A DNA stretch of 64,000 nt, taken from contig CAWGMM010000001.1 of assembly GCA_963823685.1 (NCBI GenBank), positions 60,355 to 124,354 of the forward strand, written 5' to 3'. The position numbers were made by a program, and so were the translations under genes. Origin of the DNA: an uncultured Isosphaeraceae bacterium. Its GTDB lineage: Bacteria; Planctomycetota; Planctomycetia; Isosphaerales; Isosphaeraceae. Positions 1-11,290 of this stretch are shown piece by piece (within the stretch, counting starts at the first letter, position 1; each line of letters starts with the position of its first letter). The notes under the pieces were generated by a model. It saw only the letters and a program-made list of their open reading frames with translations. It was not told the DNA's origin and did not search any database.

Positions 1-701
1 TCCGAGCCCGGTCGTCGGGTGAACCCGACACAGGCTCGATCCGGATCGCTTCGGCCACTCTGGGCAACGGCTTGCCGCCGCCGGCATAGCCGCAGTTCGA
101 GAAATCCGGGATGCGATCGCCCCGGTCGTCATAGTCGCGATAGACGAGGCGTCCGTTATTGCCGGCGTGAACCAGCGTCGAGACGGCTGGCTCGGCGGCC
201 GTCGAGGTCGATGATGTCACGCTGTGTGCCGTCAGCACGACACCGATAACCGGAAGGATGGATATCGTCAGGATTGGCCGCAATGGCGCGAGCTCCAAGA
301 GTCAACACGAAACGACTGGTTCGAGAAAATCGGTCGGAGCGACGGCGACGAGCGTGTGCCGAGACCGCGAAATCGTCGTCATTCTTCCAAACGGTCATTC
401 CCTTTTCTACAAAGGCGCCCTTGCGGACAAAGCCGCCGCGAACTTGAAGAAAAAAATCGCGGATTTATCGCGAGCGACCGCTCCTCGTCCAATCGGCGTG
501 TAGACTTGAGTCGAAAGCCGGGATCTGGCATTTCCATCGGTTTGGCTCGCGGGGCACAGGTTCGGCACCCCGGTTGCCTTTGTGATCCGGTGCCGGAACG
601 ATGAGCCCTGACCCTATGGTCAAAGAAACAAGTAAATCCCGGTTCTCCGTCAAAGCCGAGCAGAATCGAACCGAATTCCGCCGAGCAACGCAAAAGCCAA
701 G

Positions 702-1772
702 TTGAGTGAGAGAAAAGGAGAGATGGTCATGCAACGCCTGACCTCGTTCGTTGTGCGCCCGCGACATGGCGCGCTGGTCGTGATCGCGGCACTGGTGATA
801 ACCTCGGCGGTGGGCTGCGGCCATAACCGCCGGGCATCGATGCGGCCGGTCTTCGTTACCCCCACCCCCGTCGCCGCCCCCGGCTGTGCGACCCCCGCCG
901 TTATTCCCGAGACGGTCACCCCCGCGCCGTCGGCGAGCTACACGCCGACGCCGTCGGCGGTCGAGCCTACGCGCATCGAGCCTGGGGGCACCGGCCGAGC
1001 CGCGCCCCCGGCCGAGCGGATTCCTTCGGCCACGCCGGAACCCGCCGGACCAGGAGCCGGCGCCAGCGGCTCGCCTCGATCCAGCGCCGTGGATGAGCCG
1101 AGCCTGCTCGAGCCCGTGGTTCCCAGCTCGGGCAAGACCCGAAGCAACAGCACCCAGACGCCGCCCTCGTCGTCACTGACCGTGCCGCGTTTGATCGGTC
1201 CCGGGGCGTCGCTCAACGGCGGCGCTCCGCGGAAGGTCCCCAAGGTTTCGCTTCGCGAGCGGCTCTCGCCCTACACCAACAACCCCGACGACCTCTTCGC
1301 CCCTCCCAAGGCCGACCGACCCTGGAAGTATGTCGTCCTGCACCACAGCGCCAGCGCCACGGGAAATTACGAATCGATCGACCGCGAGCACCGCAAGCGC
1401 CTGGGCTGGGATGGATGCGGCTACCACTTCGTCATCGGTAACGGCACCAGCAGTCCCGACGGCCAGATCGAGGTCGCCCGCCGCTGGTCCGAGCAGAAGC
1501 ACGGCATCCACTGCCATGACGGCAAGAACCCCGACGTCAGCGAGTACGGCATCGGCATCTGCCTGATCGGCGACCTTGAAAAGAACCCGCCAACCCCTCG
1601 CCAGATCGCCGCTGCCCAGGCCCTTGTCGCCTATCTCGAAACCCGCTACCAGATCGCAAGTGACCATGTCGGCACACACACCCAGCTCGCCCGGAACCCC
1701 ACGGACTGCCCCGGGAAGAACTTCCCCACACAGGCCATCCTGGGTCTGGACAAGCGGCTTACCTATCAGTGA
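702..1772 (+). CDS. N-acetylmuramoyl-L-alanine amidase (Amidase_2/PGRP domain) with N-terminal signal/lipoprotein segment and Pro/Ala/Ser-rich linker
   Basis: C-terminal half (YVVLHHSAS...GWDGCGYHFVIGNG...HCHDGKNP...GTHTQLARNPTDCPGKNFP) matches the AmpD/PGRP zinc amidase fold; hydrophobic N-terminus VVIAALVITSAVGCG. Confidence 0.75.
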   Translation: MSERKGEMVMQRLTSFVVRPRHGALVVIAALVITSAVGCGHNRRASMRPVFVTPTPVAAPGCATPAVIPETVTPAPSASYTPTPSAVEPTRIEPGGTGRAAPPAERIPSATPEPAGPGAGASGSPRSSAVDEPSLLEPVVPSSGKTRSNSTQTPPSSSLTVPRLIGPGASLNGGAPRKVPKVSLRERLSPYTNNPDDLFAPPKADRPWKYVVLHHSASATGNYESIDREHRKRLGWDGCGYHFVIGNGTSSPDGQIEVARRWSEQKHGIHCHDGKNPDVSEYGIGICLIGDLEKNPPTPRQIAAAQALVAYLETRYQIASDHVGTHTQLARNPTDCPGKNFPTQAILGLDKRLTYQ

Positions 1773-1910
1773 ATTCTTGAAAGAAGACCGATGCGCGGAG
1801 CCAATCCGCACTCTGTTCCACATTTCCGCCGATTGACCGGAATCACTCCCCTCGCAACGCCTCTCCGCTCGTCCCCCTTCGCACGGCCTCATGCAAGACC
1901 GCGATGACGC

Positions 1911-2423
1911 TTATGGCGTCGGTGATCTCGCCGCGCCGAGCATGGCGCAGACCTCGGGCCAGGTAACACGGCGGAGCTGGATCCGCTCGGTCCCTTCGGG
2001 GCTGCTCGCCCCAGCGATGAGCTCGGTGGCCCGGAAGATGTAGGCCAGCTCGTCGGAGACCGAGTTCGAGAGATGAGCCGTGCCGAGAAGCTCGATCGTG
2101 CCGGCCTCAAGGCCAGTTTCCTCGCGCAGCTCGCGGCGGGCGGTATCCTCGGGCGCTTCGCCCGCGGGTCCACCTCCCTCGGGGATCTCCCAGGAATAGG
2201 CGTTGAGGGTATAGCGGTACTGGCCGACCAGGTAGATGTTCCCCTGATCGTCGACCGGCAAGACACCCACGGCGATGTGTTTGAACTGAACCACGCCGTA
2301 GATACCGGGCTGGCCGTCCGGGCGGATCACCTGATCCTCGCGGACGGTGATCCACGGATTCTCATAGGCCTGCCGGCAGCTCAGCGTGGTCCAGGGGTTC
2401 ACATGCTCGGAGTCGGACATCAA
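1911..2423 (-). CDS. NUDIX hydrolase (ADP-ribose pyrophosphatase-like)
   Basis: Nudix box GGGPAGEAPEDTARRELREETGL (GX5EX7REUXEEXGU). Confidence 0.8.
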   Translation of the reverse strand: MMSDSEHVNPWTTLSCRQAYENPWITVREDQVIRPDGQPGIYGVVQFKHIAVGVLPVDDQGNIYLVGQYRYTLNAYSWEIPEGGGPAGEAPEDTARRELREETGLEAGTIELLGTAHLSNSVSDELAYIFRATELIAGASSPEGTERIQLRRVTWPEVCAMLGAARSPTP

Positions 2424-2442
2424 GTCGATCCATCCACCCCAA

Positions 2443-3327
2443 TTAGCCGGCCTTCAGGACCGCCTTGAGGGTCACACCCATATCGGCGGGACTCTTGGCG
2501 ACCTTGATGCCGGCGTCCTCGAGCGCGTCGATCTTGTCGGAGGCCTTTCCGGAGCCTCCCGAGATGATGGCCCCGGCGTGGCCCATGCGCTTGCCGGGAG
2601 GAGCGGTCTGGCCGGCGATGAACGCGGCCAGGGGCTTGGTGAACTCGCCCGACTTCTTGAGCGCCGCGGCCTGCTCCTCGGCGTTGCCGCCGATCTCGCC
2701 CATCATCAGGACGGCCTCGGTATCGGGGTCGGCCTGGAAGAGACGCAGGGCGTCGACGAAGCTGGTCCCGTTGACCGGATCGCCGCCGATCCCGACGCAG
2801 GTGCTCTGACCGATCCCCAGGCTCGTCAGTTGCCAGACCCCCTCGTAGGTCAGGGTGCCCGAACGGCTCACGAGCCCGACCTTGCCCGGCTTATGAATAT
2901 AACCTGGCATGATCCCGATCTTGCACTGGCCCGGCGTGATCACGCCCGGACAGTTGGGACCGATCAGCCGGACCTGGGGATGATGCGCCTTGAGATAAGC
3001 CACCGCGCGGGCCATGTCGAGCACGGGAATCCCCTCGGTGATCGCGACGATGAGCGTGATGCCCGCGTCGGCCGCCTCGAGGATCGCGTCGGCGGCTCCC
3101 GGCGGCGGCACGAAGATCATCGTCGCGTTCGCCCCGGTCTGCTTGACCGCCTCGTAGCAGGTGTCGAAAACCGGCACGCCCAGCGTCGTCCCGCCGCCCC
3201 GGCCGGGCGTCACCCCGCCCACGAGGTTCGTGCCGTAGTCGCGGCACTGCTCGGAATGAAACGCGCCGGCCTTGCCGGTGATTCCCTGGCAGATCAGCCG
3301 GGTGTTCCTGTCAACCAGAATGCTCAT
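2443..3327 (-). CDS. sucD: succinyl-CoA synthetase alpha subunit
   Basis: [21 protein letters not shown]...CoA-binding and ATP-citrate lyase/succinyl-CoA ligase motifs; immediately downstream of sucC. Confidence 0.9.
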   Translation of the reverse strand: MSILVDRNTRLICQGITGKAGAFHSEQCRDYGTNLVGGVTPGRGGGTTLGVPVFDTCYEAVKQTGANATMIFVPPPGAADAILEAADAGITLIVAITEGIPVLDMARAVAYLKAHHPQVRLIGPNCPGVITPGQCKIGIMPGYIHKPGKVGLVSRSGTLTYEGVWQLTSLGIGQSTCVGIGGDPVNGTSFVDALRLFQADPDTEAVLMMGEIGGNAEEQAAALKKSGEFTKPLAAFIAGQTAPPGKRMGHAGAIISGGSGKASDKIDALEDAGIKVAKSPADMGVTLKAVLKAG

Positions 3328-3446
3328 GGGCTCGAACTCGCCTTATCATCTGAAACTTGTTTTGATTTCAGAATATCCTAAACATGCAATTGTCTTTACG
3401 AAACGGGTTGCCGGTCAAGCGGCTGCCCAAGGATCGACAACCCATC

Positions 3447-4697
<1,251 letters not shown>

Positions 4698-4914
4698 CGT
4701 CGTCGGACCACCTGCGTCTGGGAAGCCATGATCGATCCCCCCCGGATCGGATCACGACCGCTCCGTTACGTTATTCGAGTGCGTTTTGATGTTCGTTTCC
4801 GCTCCGCCCGGCTACGGTTTTTACCACACCCAACGCCTCACGGCCAGACCCCAGCCCCGGCAACGGTATCGGCTCTCGCCGGCTCCTCCGCGTTTCCACG
4901 ACGGCGAATCGAAT

Positions 4915-5571
4915 TCAAAAGCCCTTCTTGAACTCCTCATCCACCTCGCGAGCGATCCGCTCGATCTCGTCGTCCGTGGGGGCAAACCGTTCGGACGGCC
5001 GGAGCACGTCGCGGATCTCGGGTTCGTCGTCAAGATAGCCGAAGGTCTCGAGCCAGTCGGCGGCCTCACTGGGCGAGAGGCCCTGGAGCCGCGCCCGCTC
5101 CTCGGGGCTCGGCGATGCGGGACTGTTGGTTTTTTTCGCGCTACGGCGGCGCGCCTCGAGCTCTTCCCAGAAGACCTCGGCGGTGAGCGCCCGTGCCTTT
5201 CGACGGGCCGCCGCCTGGCGAATCCGATGGTCTGACGAGACGACCGTCAAAGTCTTCGGCGCCGAGTGCCGGGCGATCAAGAGCTCGATCCGGGCATCGG
5301 CTCCTTCTTCCCCCTCGGCGTACTCCACGGCGATCCCTTTATGGATCAGCTCGCGGGGCAGGTCGAGGCCCTGGGGGGGGAAGCGGGCATCAAAGACCAC
5401 CGAGGTCTGGTGCGCCTCGACCGCCCCCAGCCGCGCGGCCAGTTCGTTCAGGAACCGATTCCGCGCCTTCCGAAACCCGTCCGGCCCGAACCGCTTGCTG
5501 CCCAGCATTCCGAGCGCGAACATCAGGTTGTAGCCGTCGATCAGGAGGCGCATCGGACCGCCGGGGATCAA
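4915..5571 (-). CDS. YacP-like NYN-domain RNase (Rae1-like)
   Basis: N-terminal RLLIDGYNLM motif typical of the YacP/NYN family. Confidence 0.55.
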   Translation of the reverse strand: MIPGGPMRLLIDGYNLMFALGMLGSKRFGPDGFRKARNRFLNELAARLGAVEAHQTSVVFDARFPPQGLDLPRELIHKGIAVEYAEGEEGADARIELLIARHSAPKTLTVVSSDHRIRQAAARRKARALTAEVFWEELEARRRSAKKTNSPASPSPEERARLQGLSPSEAADWLETFGYLDDEPEIRDVLRPSERFAPTDDEIERIAREVDEEFKKGF

Positions 5572-5740
5572 GGCCAGAGGATCGCGGATGTCGTGGGAGA
5601 GGTAACTTCATCCTCCGCGATCGGTCCTCGGGCCACAAGCGCGATGTTGCGATCGAGCAGGACAAAACCTACGCGAACACGAGGTCCGCCCTGCTTCGAT
5701 GCGCGAGATCACGACGGCAACGAATCTGGACCAATCCGGC

Positions 5741-6283
5741 TCATTCGTTCGGGACCGCCTCGTCAGGCGTCAGCTCACGGAGCCGGATGTTCCGCCAGCG
5801 CACCTGGTAGGGACCCGTACCGGGCTTGATCGCGTGGACCTGGAGCCCGATAAAACCCTGCCGGTCCTTGTCATCGACAAAGTCCGCGCAGGCGACACCG
5901 TTGACCCACGATCGGTAACGATTGCCCTGCACAACGATCCGGTACCGATTCCACTGGCCGTCCTTGAAGGCGTTCCTGGCTTCGGTCCTGGTGGCGAGGT
6001 CGTCGAGCCAGCGAGTCCGGCGGGCCTCGTCCCAGAAGTTGCCGGCGACTCCCTTGGCGGCTTCCGCGATCTCGCATTGCGGGCCGTAGACCGTGCCCGA
6101 GGGTCGGACCCGCTTCGTGTCCGACTCCTGCGGCGTATCCTTCTCGTAAACGTGGCTACGGACCTGGATGCCCGAGTTCAGGGCTGGGTCGCACTGGACT
6201 TCAAGCTCGAGGGCGAAATCGCGGTAGTCGCCCCGGCAGAGGAACGTGTTGGGACTTCCCTCGACCGTCTTGCCGACAATCAT
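5741..6283 (-). CDS. DUF1080 (3-keto-disaccharide hydrolase-like) domain protein; the reading frame stays open upstream to about 6440 with no start codon, reading ...DWTSLFDGSSLEGW...
   Basis: FIGLQVH...YRNIRLREL C-terminus typical of DUF1080; the domain N-terminal motif (WTSLFDG) lies upstream of the annotated ATG in the same frame and overlaps the 3' end of the hydrolase gene in a +1 frame. Confidence 0.6.
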   Translation of the reverse strand: MIVGKTVEGSPNTFLCRGDYRDFALELEVQCDPALNSGIQVRSHVYEKDTPQESDTKRVRPSGTVYGPQCEIAEAAKGVAGNFWDEARRTRWLDDLATRTEARNAFKDGQWNRYRIVVQGNRYRSWVNGVACADFVDDKDRQGFIGLQVHAIKPGTGPYQVRWRNIRLRELTPDEAVPNE

Positions 6284-6386
6284 GCCGTCCTTGACCTCGT
6301 AAACCGCGCGGCCGCCCCGGACCGTCCAGCCCTCGAGGCTCGAGCCGTCAAACAGCGAGGTCCAATCCGCGTCACGGCCGACGCCG

Positions 6387-7241
6387 CTACTTTCGGTCGA
6401 CGACTCCGGCGCGGGGAAGATATCCCAGCGAGACCAGGAACTGGTCCATCCGCCTGGTCGTGCGCTCGGTCCACGGTGCCCGGTTGAAGAAGCTGTGTCC
6501 CTGACCCTCCGCGGTGAAGATCTCGGCCCGGAACCCCAGCTCCTTCGCTCGGGCCAGAAACGCCTGGCCCTGGGCGTACAGCCGATCTTCCGTGCCGAAG
6601 AAGAGGATGGTTGGAGGGGTCTGCTTCGTGACGTGCTCGGTGGGCGATAGCTTGCGCGCCAGCTCCTTGTCGTTTCCGACGCGTTCCATCAACGAGGCGA
6701 TGTCAACGAACGAGAGAACCGGGTTGTACAGGATCAGGACGTTCGGCCGCGACGATACCGCGAGGTCCTCGCCCTGGGCCTCCAGTCCGTCGGTCAGGCT
6801 CGTGCAGGCGGCGATATGTCCCCCCGCCGAACCGCCTGACGCCACAATCCGGTCGGGGTCGACACCCAGCTCACCGGCCTTGCTCCGAAGCCAGCGCACC
6901 GCGCTCTTGGCGTCCTCGACACAACGGTCGGGCGCAACGCCCTGTCGCGACTTCACCCGGTAATCCGCGCGAACCGCCACCATGCCGCGGCGAGCCAGAT
7001 GGTCGGCCTGGGTGGCGAACTGCTTGATATTGCCGTTCGTCCAGCCGCCTCCGAAGAAGAAGACGATGGCCGGCCGCCTGTCCGACTCCTTCCAGCCCGG
7101 CGGATAGTGAACCACCGCCTCGAGCGGGCCTTGCGGGGTTGTCTTGTAGGTAAACGTCCTTGACGACGGTTCCTCGCCCCTGGAAACGCCGACCACAAGG
7201 GCCGTCAGAAGGGCTGGCACGAGGCAGACATCACGTTTCAT
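6387..7241 (-). CDS. secreted alpha/beta-hydrolase (esterase/lipase family)
   Basis: Signal peptide; HGGGW-like oxyanion region (FFFGGGW), GGSAGG nucleophile elbow, GQGHSF C-terminal His region. Confidence 0.75.
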   Translation of the reverse strand: MKRDVCLVPALLTALVVGVSRGEEPSSRTFTYKTTPQGPLEAVVHYPPGWKESDRRPAIVFFFGGGWTNGNIKQFATQADHLARRGMVAVRADYRVKSRQGVAPDRCVEDAKSAVRWLRSKAGELGVDPDRIVASGGSAGGHIAACTSLTDGLEAQGEDLAVSSRPNVLILYNPVLSFVDIASLMERVGNDKELARKLSPTEHVTKQTPPTILFFGTEDRLYAQGQAFLARAKELGFRAEIFTAEGQGHSFFNRAPWTERTTRRMDQFLVSLGYLPRAGVVDRK

Positions 7242-7281
7242 GAAAATGTGCTCCTAGGAACGTTCGATGCCAATGTGCGGT

Positions 7282-8958
7282 TCACTTCGCATCCGGAGTC
7301 CTGGGTTTGTCCTGGCCCTGCGGCACGACCTTCGGCGCACCGTCGGGAACCCGGGCCTGATCAGGAGTGATCAGCGGCAGGTCATCCGGCAGACGCTTCA
7401 GGAACATGTCGCGATACTGGATCGTCATCGGCGGACCGACGTGGACCTGCACGGCGAGTACGCCTTCAAGCTTCCGGCCCCTGGCGTCGAGGTCGATGAC
7501 GTCCACCGTCGGGTGGCCGTCGATCCAGTGCCGGTGATGGTTTCCCTCGACCAGGACCCGGTAATCATGCCATTCGCCGGGGGCGAAGGACCTGAGCGGG
7601 AACGTGCCGACGACCCAGGGCTGGCCCTGGGTGTCGATGATCACGCGCTCGCCCGTGCTGCGCAGGATGCGCCGGCCGCGCTCCTCGTAGAGCATGCCGT
7701 TGTAGTCGGGCCGCTTCGCCACCACGTCGCACTGGTAGCCGGTGATGACCGACTCGCCCAGGTCGGGCCGCTCGGTCCCGCGATACTGCAAACCGCTGTT
7801 GCCGCCTGGCGATACCTTCACCTGGACGCGAAGCTCGAAATTTTTCAACGTGCCGCCGCGCCAGACGATGAAGCGGTTGTACTTGAGGGTGCCGTCGGCC
7901 TTGCCTGTCAGGTCGCCGCCCTCGGCGCTCCAGTACGCCGGGCTTCCTTCCCAGCCGCTCAGATCGCGGCCGTTGAGCAGGTTCACGAACCCTTCGGGAG
8001 GAGGCTTCGGCGAGACCTTGGCGCTCTCGTCGCCTGGTCTGAGGCGGATCTGGCTGGCGCTCGGGAAATCGCCCGGCACCGGAATCGTCACCTGCCCCGT
8101 CGCGGCCCATTCAACCCCGCGCAGGAGCATCGTCTGGAAGCCGGCGCAACGCATCGCGGTTTCCGGACCATTCTTCCAGAGGTGTCCGAGCATCGTCGTG
8201 TAAACCCGGCCCTTACCGTAGGGGATCACCCAGTCCATCACCTCGTTTTCCCTGGTGTCCCGGGAATAGGCGTAGGTAAGGACCGTCAGATCCTGCGCGG
8301 GGCCGTGCTGCCCGTGGGTAAGTTGCTCGTGCGGGTGCAGCCATTGGGTCGGCATACCCCGGGTGATCGGATGATCGGGGTTGAGCACGGTGACCACGAA
8401 GTCGTGCTCGGGCCCATGTCCCGGGTTTCGGCCCTTGCCTTTCGGGACCTCGACCACCTTGCCCTCGCCGCTGACGATCAAGGACGGGCCGAAGTCCTTG
8501 TTTCGCCAGCCCAGGCCGATCATCCGGTTATAGGCCGGCCAGTCGGGGAACGAATTGTTCGCGGCGTGGTAGCTGACGAGCCCCCCTCCTCCGCTGACGT
8601 AATCCTCGAGCGCCTGCTCCAGATCGCGGGGCCAGTGAATGCCCTTGGCGGTATGTCCGCCGTTGAAGTTCATGACCACCACGTCGTACATCGAGAACGC
8701 GGGCTTCCACTCCCGCCAGCGCTCGACGGAGGCACCGGCCGGAGGGCTGGTGGCCACATTCACTTCGAATCGACCGCTCTCTTCGAGAATCGCCTTGAGG
8801 ATGCGCATCGCGCGCTCCCAGTCGTGGTTGTTCGCCCCGTCGACGATGAGCGCTTTGAGCTTTGGCCTCGGCTTCGTATCGAGATTCTGGCCAGAGGCCG
8901 GGGCCGCCAGCAACGCGACGACAACGCCCAGGAGTAGCCTCGAGCATCGGACTCTCAT
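7282..8958 (-). CDS. ThuA (trehalose utilisation, GATase1-like) domain fused to a C-terminal DUF1080 domain; secreted
   Basis: Signal peptide; N-terminal ThuA-like region (KALIVDGANNHDW...VSYHAANNSF); C-terminal DUF1080 (FVNLLNGRDLSGWEG...LAVQVH...YRDMFLKRL). Confidence 0.75.
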   Translation of the reverse strand: MRVRCSRLLLGVVVALLAAPASGQNLDTKPRPKLKALIVDGANNHDWERAMRILKAILEESGRFEVNVATSPPAGASVERWREWKPAFSMYDVVVMNFNGGHTAKGIHWPRDLEQALEDYVSGGGGLVSYHAANNSFPDWPAYNRMIGLGWRNKDFGPSLIVSGEGKVVEVPKGKGRNPGHGPEHDFVVTVLNPDHPITRGMPTQWLHPHEQLTHGQHGPAQDLTVLTYAYSRDTRENEVMDWVIPYGKGRVYTTMLGHLWKNGPETAMRCAGFQTMLLRGVEWAATGQVTIPVPGDFPSASQIRLRPGDESAKVSPKPPPEGFVNLLNGRDLSGWEGSPAYWSAEGGDLTGKADGTLKYNRFIVWRGGTLKNFELRVQVKVSPGGNSGLQYRGTERPDLGESVITGYQCDVVAKRPDYNGMLYEERGRRILRSTGERVIIDTQGQPWVVGTFPLRSFAPGEWHDYRVLVEGNHHRHWIDGHPTVDVIDLDARGRKLEGVLAVQVHVGPPMTIQYRDMFLKRLPDDLPLITPDQARVPDGAPKVVPQGQDKPRTPDAK

Positions 8959-9155
8959 CGACGGGTCTCCAGCGGCTCATTGGTTCGTTTCAAGAAAGAC
9001 AAATTGAGGATGGCGGATCAGAGCGTTCTAACCGAACCGGGGCGCGATCTCAACCGACCAGGGCTCCGATCGTGGAAGTGTTGATCTCAACCCCGATCAA
9101 CGCAATGTGGAGGCAGCCTTCTGTCCAGCCGCATCAAACCGTATAAAACGATGGT

Positions 9156-10676
9156 GTGTCACCGTGTCGACCCTACAAAGCTCAGGTGCTTGCGATGCCA
9201 CCAAAGCCCGTCCTCGTCACCGGCGCGACCGGATATATCGGCGGCCGGCTGATCCCACAGCTTCTGGCCAGGGGATACGCGGTCCGTTGCATGGTCCGCG
9301 ACCCGAACCGGCTCCGAGGTCGTGAATGGGCGAACCAGGTCGAGATCGTGACCGGCGACGTGCTCGATCGGCCGTCGCTGGTGCCCGCGCTGCGGGGGTG
9401 TGGCACGGCGTTTTACCTGATCCACTCGATGACGGCTGGCACCGGCGCGTTTCGCGACTGCGACCTCCAGGCCGCTCGTAACTTCGCGGACGCCGCGTCG
9501 GAGGCGGGCGTCGACCGGATCGTCTACCTCGGCGGCCTGGGACGTCGTTCGGAGAAGCTCTCGAAGCACCTGACCAGCCGGCACGAGGTGGGCGACGTGC
9601 TCCGCGCGGGCCGCGTTCCCACCACCGAGCTCCGGGCCGCGATGATCATCGGGTCGGGAAGCGCCTCGTTCGAGATGCTTCGCGCCCTGGTCATGCGACT
9701 GCCCGCGATGATCTGTCCGCGCTGGGTCGCCAACCGGACCCAGCCCATCGCGATCCGGAGCGTTCTGGCCTACCTGATCGGCTGCATGGAGAATCAAGCG
9801 ACCGCCGGACAGGTCTTCGATATCGGCGGCCCGGATGTCCTCACCTACAAGGAGATGATGGAGCGATTCGCCGGGATCGTCGGCCTGAAGCGCTGGATCG
9901 TCGTGGTCCCGGTCCTGACGCCCCGACTCTCGGCCTACTGGGCCAACCTGGTCACGCCCGTACCGGCGTCGATCGCCTTTCCGCTGATCGAGGGGCTCAA
10001 GTCCGAAACCATCTGCGAGGACGACCGAATCAAGGCCCTTGTCCCGGTCAAGCCCATCGGTTTCGACGACGCGGTGCGCCTGGCGCTGGAGAAGTACCGG
10101 CAGCACGAGGTCGAGACCCGCTGGACGAACGCGAGCATTCCCGATCGCGCCGGGCATCGATCGCGCTTCGACCCGGCCGATTTCCCGATCCGCGACGAGC
10201 AGCGTGTGGCCTGCCATTGCTCATCCGCGGCGTTGTTCGATCGGGTCCAGCGGATCGGAGGTAACGTCGGCTGGTACTACGCCGACGCCCTCTGGAGGGT
10301 CCGCGGCGGGATGGACCGGATGATCGGCGGCGTCGGTCTTCGACGGGGCCGACGCGACCCGACCGATGTCTTCGTCGGCGACGCGATCGACTTCTGGCGC
10401 GTCGAGGACATGCGCCCGGGCCATCGCCTGCTCCTCCACGCCGAGATGAAGGTCCCCGGCGACGCCTGGCTCGAGTTCCGGGTCGAGCCGGGCGTCGATC
10501 GAGAGCACTCCACACTGATTCAAACCGCCTACTTCCGGCCGTCCCCGTTCTGGGGCCGGCTCTACTGGAACCTGCTCTACCCGCTCCACCGGCTGATCTT
10601 CCGTGGCATGGCGAGCAACATCGCCCGGACGGCCGAGGGCCTCCCCGCGCCTGAGAGCACCCTGAAATCCAGGTAA
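9156..10676 (+). CDS. NAD(P)-binding SDR/NmrA-like oxidoreductase with C-terminal DUF2867 domain
   Basis: Rossmann motif VLVTGATGYIGGRL at the N-terminus; C-terminal region (GDAIDFWRVEDM...AWLEFRV...YFRPSPFWGRLYWNLLYPLHRLIF) matches DUF2867. Confidence 0.75.
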   Translation: MSPCRPYKAQVLAMPPKPVLVTGATGYIGGRLIPQLLARGYAVRCMVRDPNRLRGREWANQVEIVTGDVLDRPSLVPALRGCGTAFYLIHSMTAGTGAFRDCDLQAARNFADAASEAGVDRIVYLGGLGRRSEKLSKHLTSRHEVGDVLRAGRVPTTELRAAMIIGSGSASFEMLRALVMRLPAMICPRWVANRTQPIAIRSVLAYLIGCMENQATAGQVFDIGGPDVLTYKEMMERFAGIVGLKRWIVVVPVLTPRLSAYWANLVTPVPASIAFPLIEGLKSETICEDDRIKALVPVKPIGFDDAVRLALEKYRQHEVETRWTNASIPDRAGHRSRFDPADFPIRDEQRVACHCSSAALFDRVQRIGGNVGWYYADALWRVRGGMDRMIGGVGLRRGRRDPTDVFVGDAIDFWRVEDMRPGHRLLLHAEMKVPGDAWLEFRVEPGVDREHSTLIQTAYFRPSPFWGRLYWNLLYPLHRLIFRGMASNIARTAEGLPAPESTLKSR

Positions 10677-10732
10677 AAGCCTAACTCGTTGAGACCAAAC
10701 GACCTTCGCAAGTCTCGGTCAAGTTCCGGAAG

Positions 10733-11251
10733 ATGCGGTCCGATCCTTCTGTCAGTGGATTACTCTCGAAGGGAGGACCGATGGCGGAAGACAAGTCGAA
10801 GCAGGTTCCGGACTGGATCGATGAGTTCACCGAGGAGATCGGACACTACATCGATACCGGCACCGTACCGGTCGCCTACAGTGTCTGGGGGCCGGACGAT
10901 CGCGAGGCCGAGGAAAGCCTCGACGACCCCTGGCTGGTCCATTTCTACCCCACGCTCAGTGAGATGGTCGGCGGCCCGCATGACGGTACCCACGTCTTCC
11001 CCAGCCTGAGCGCCGACGTGATCTCGCTCCAGGAGACGATCGAAGATATCGAATTCCTTTACTTCATGAGCCAGTCGCGGCATCACGAACAAAGGTACAA
11101 GGGAGCGGCACTCGTCATCACCGGCTGGTATCATGAGCATCCGGTGGACCTGAGGGTCTTCGAGATCCCTCCCGACGACGCCGATGTCGAGGCCATCATC
11201 TACCATCAGACCGGCATGCTCCGGATCAAGGACCCGAGTCGATTGTCGTAA
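10733..11251 (+). CDS. hypothetical protein (acidic, no recognisable domain)
   Basis: ORF only; possible internal start at MAEDKSKQ. Confidence 0.3.
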   Translation: MRSDPSVSGLLSKGGPMAEDKSKQVPDWIDEFTEEIGHYIDTGTVPVAYSVWGPDDREAEESLDDPWLVHFYPTLSEMVGGPHDGTHVFPSLSADVISLQETIEDIEFLYFMSQSRHHEQRYKGAALVITGWYHEHPVDLRVFEIPPDDADVEAIIYHQTGMLRIKDPSRLS

Positions 11252-11290
11252 ACGTGCATCGCTGCCCGTGAACCCCTTTGAGACACGACA

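Noticed and set aside
6280-6474. 64-aa ORF between the esterase and the DUF1080 gene
   Set aside because: Third-frame Arg/Ala-rich artefact overlapping the DUF1080 N-terminal extension and the hydrolase 3' end.
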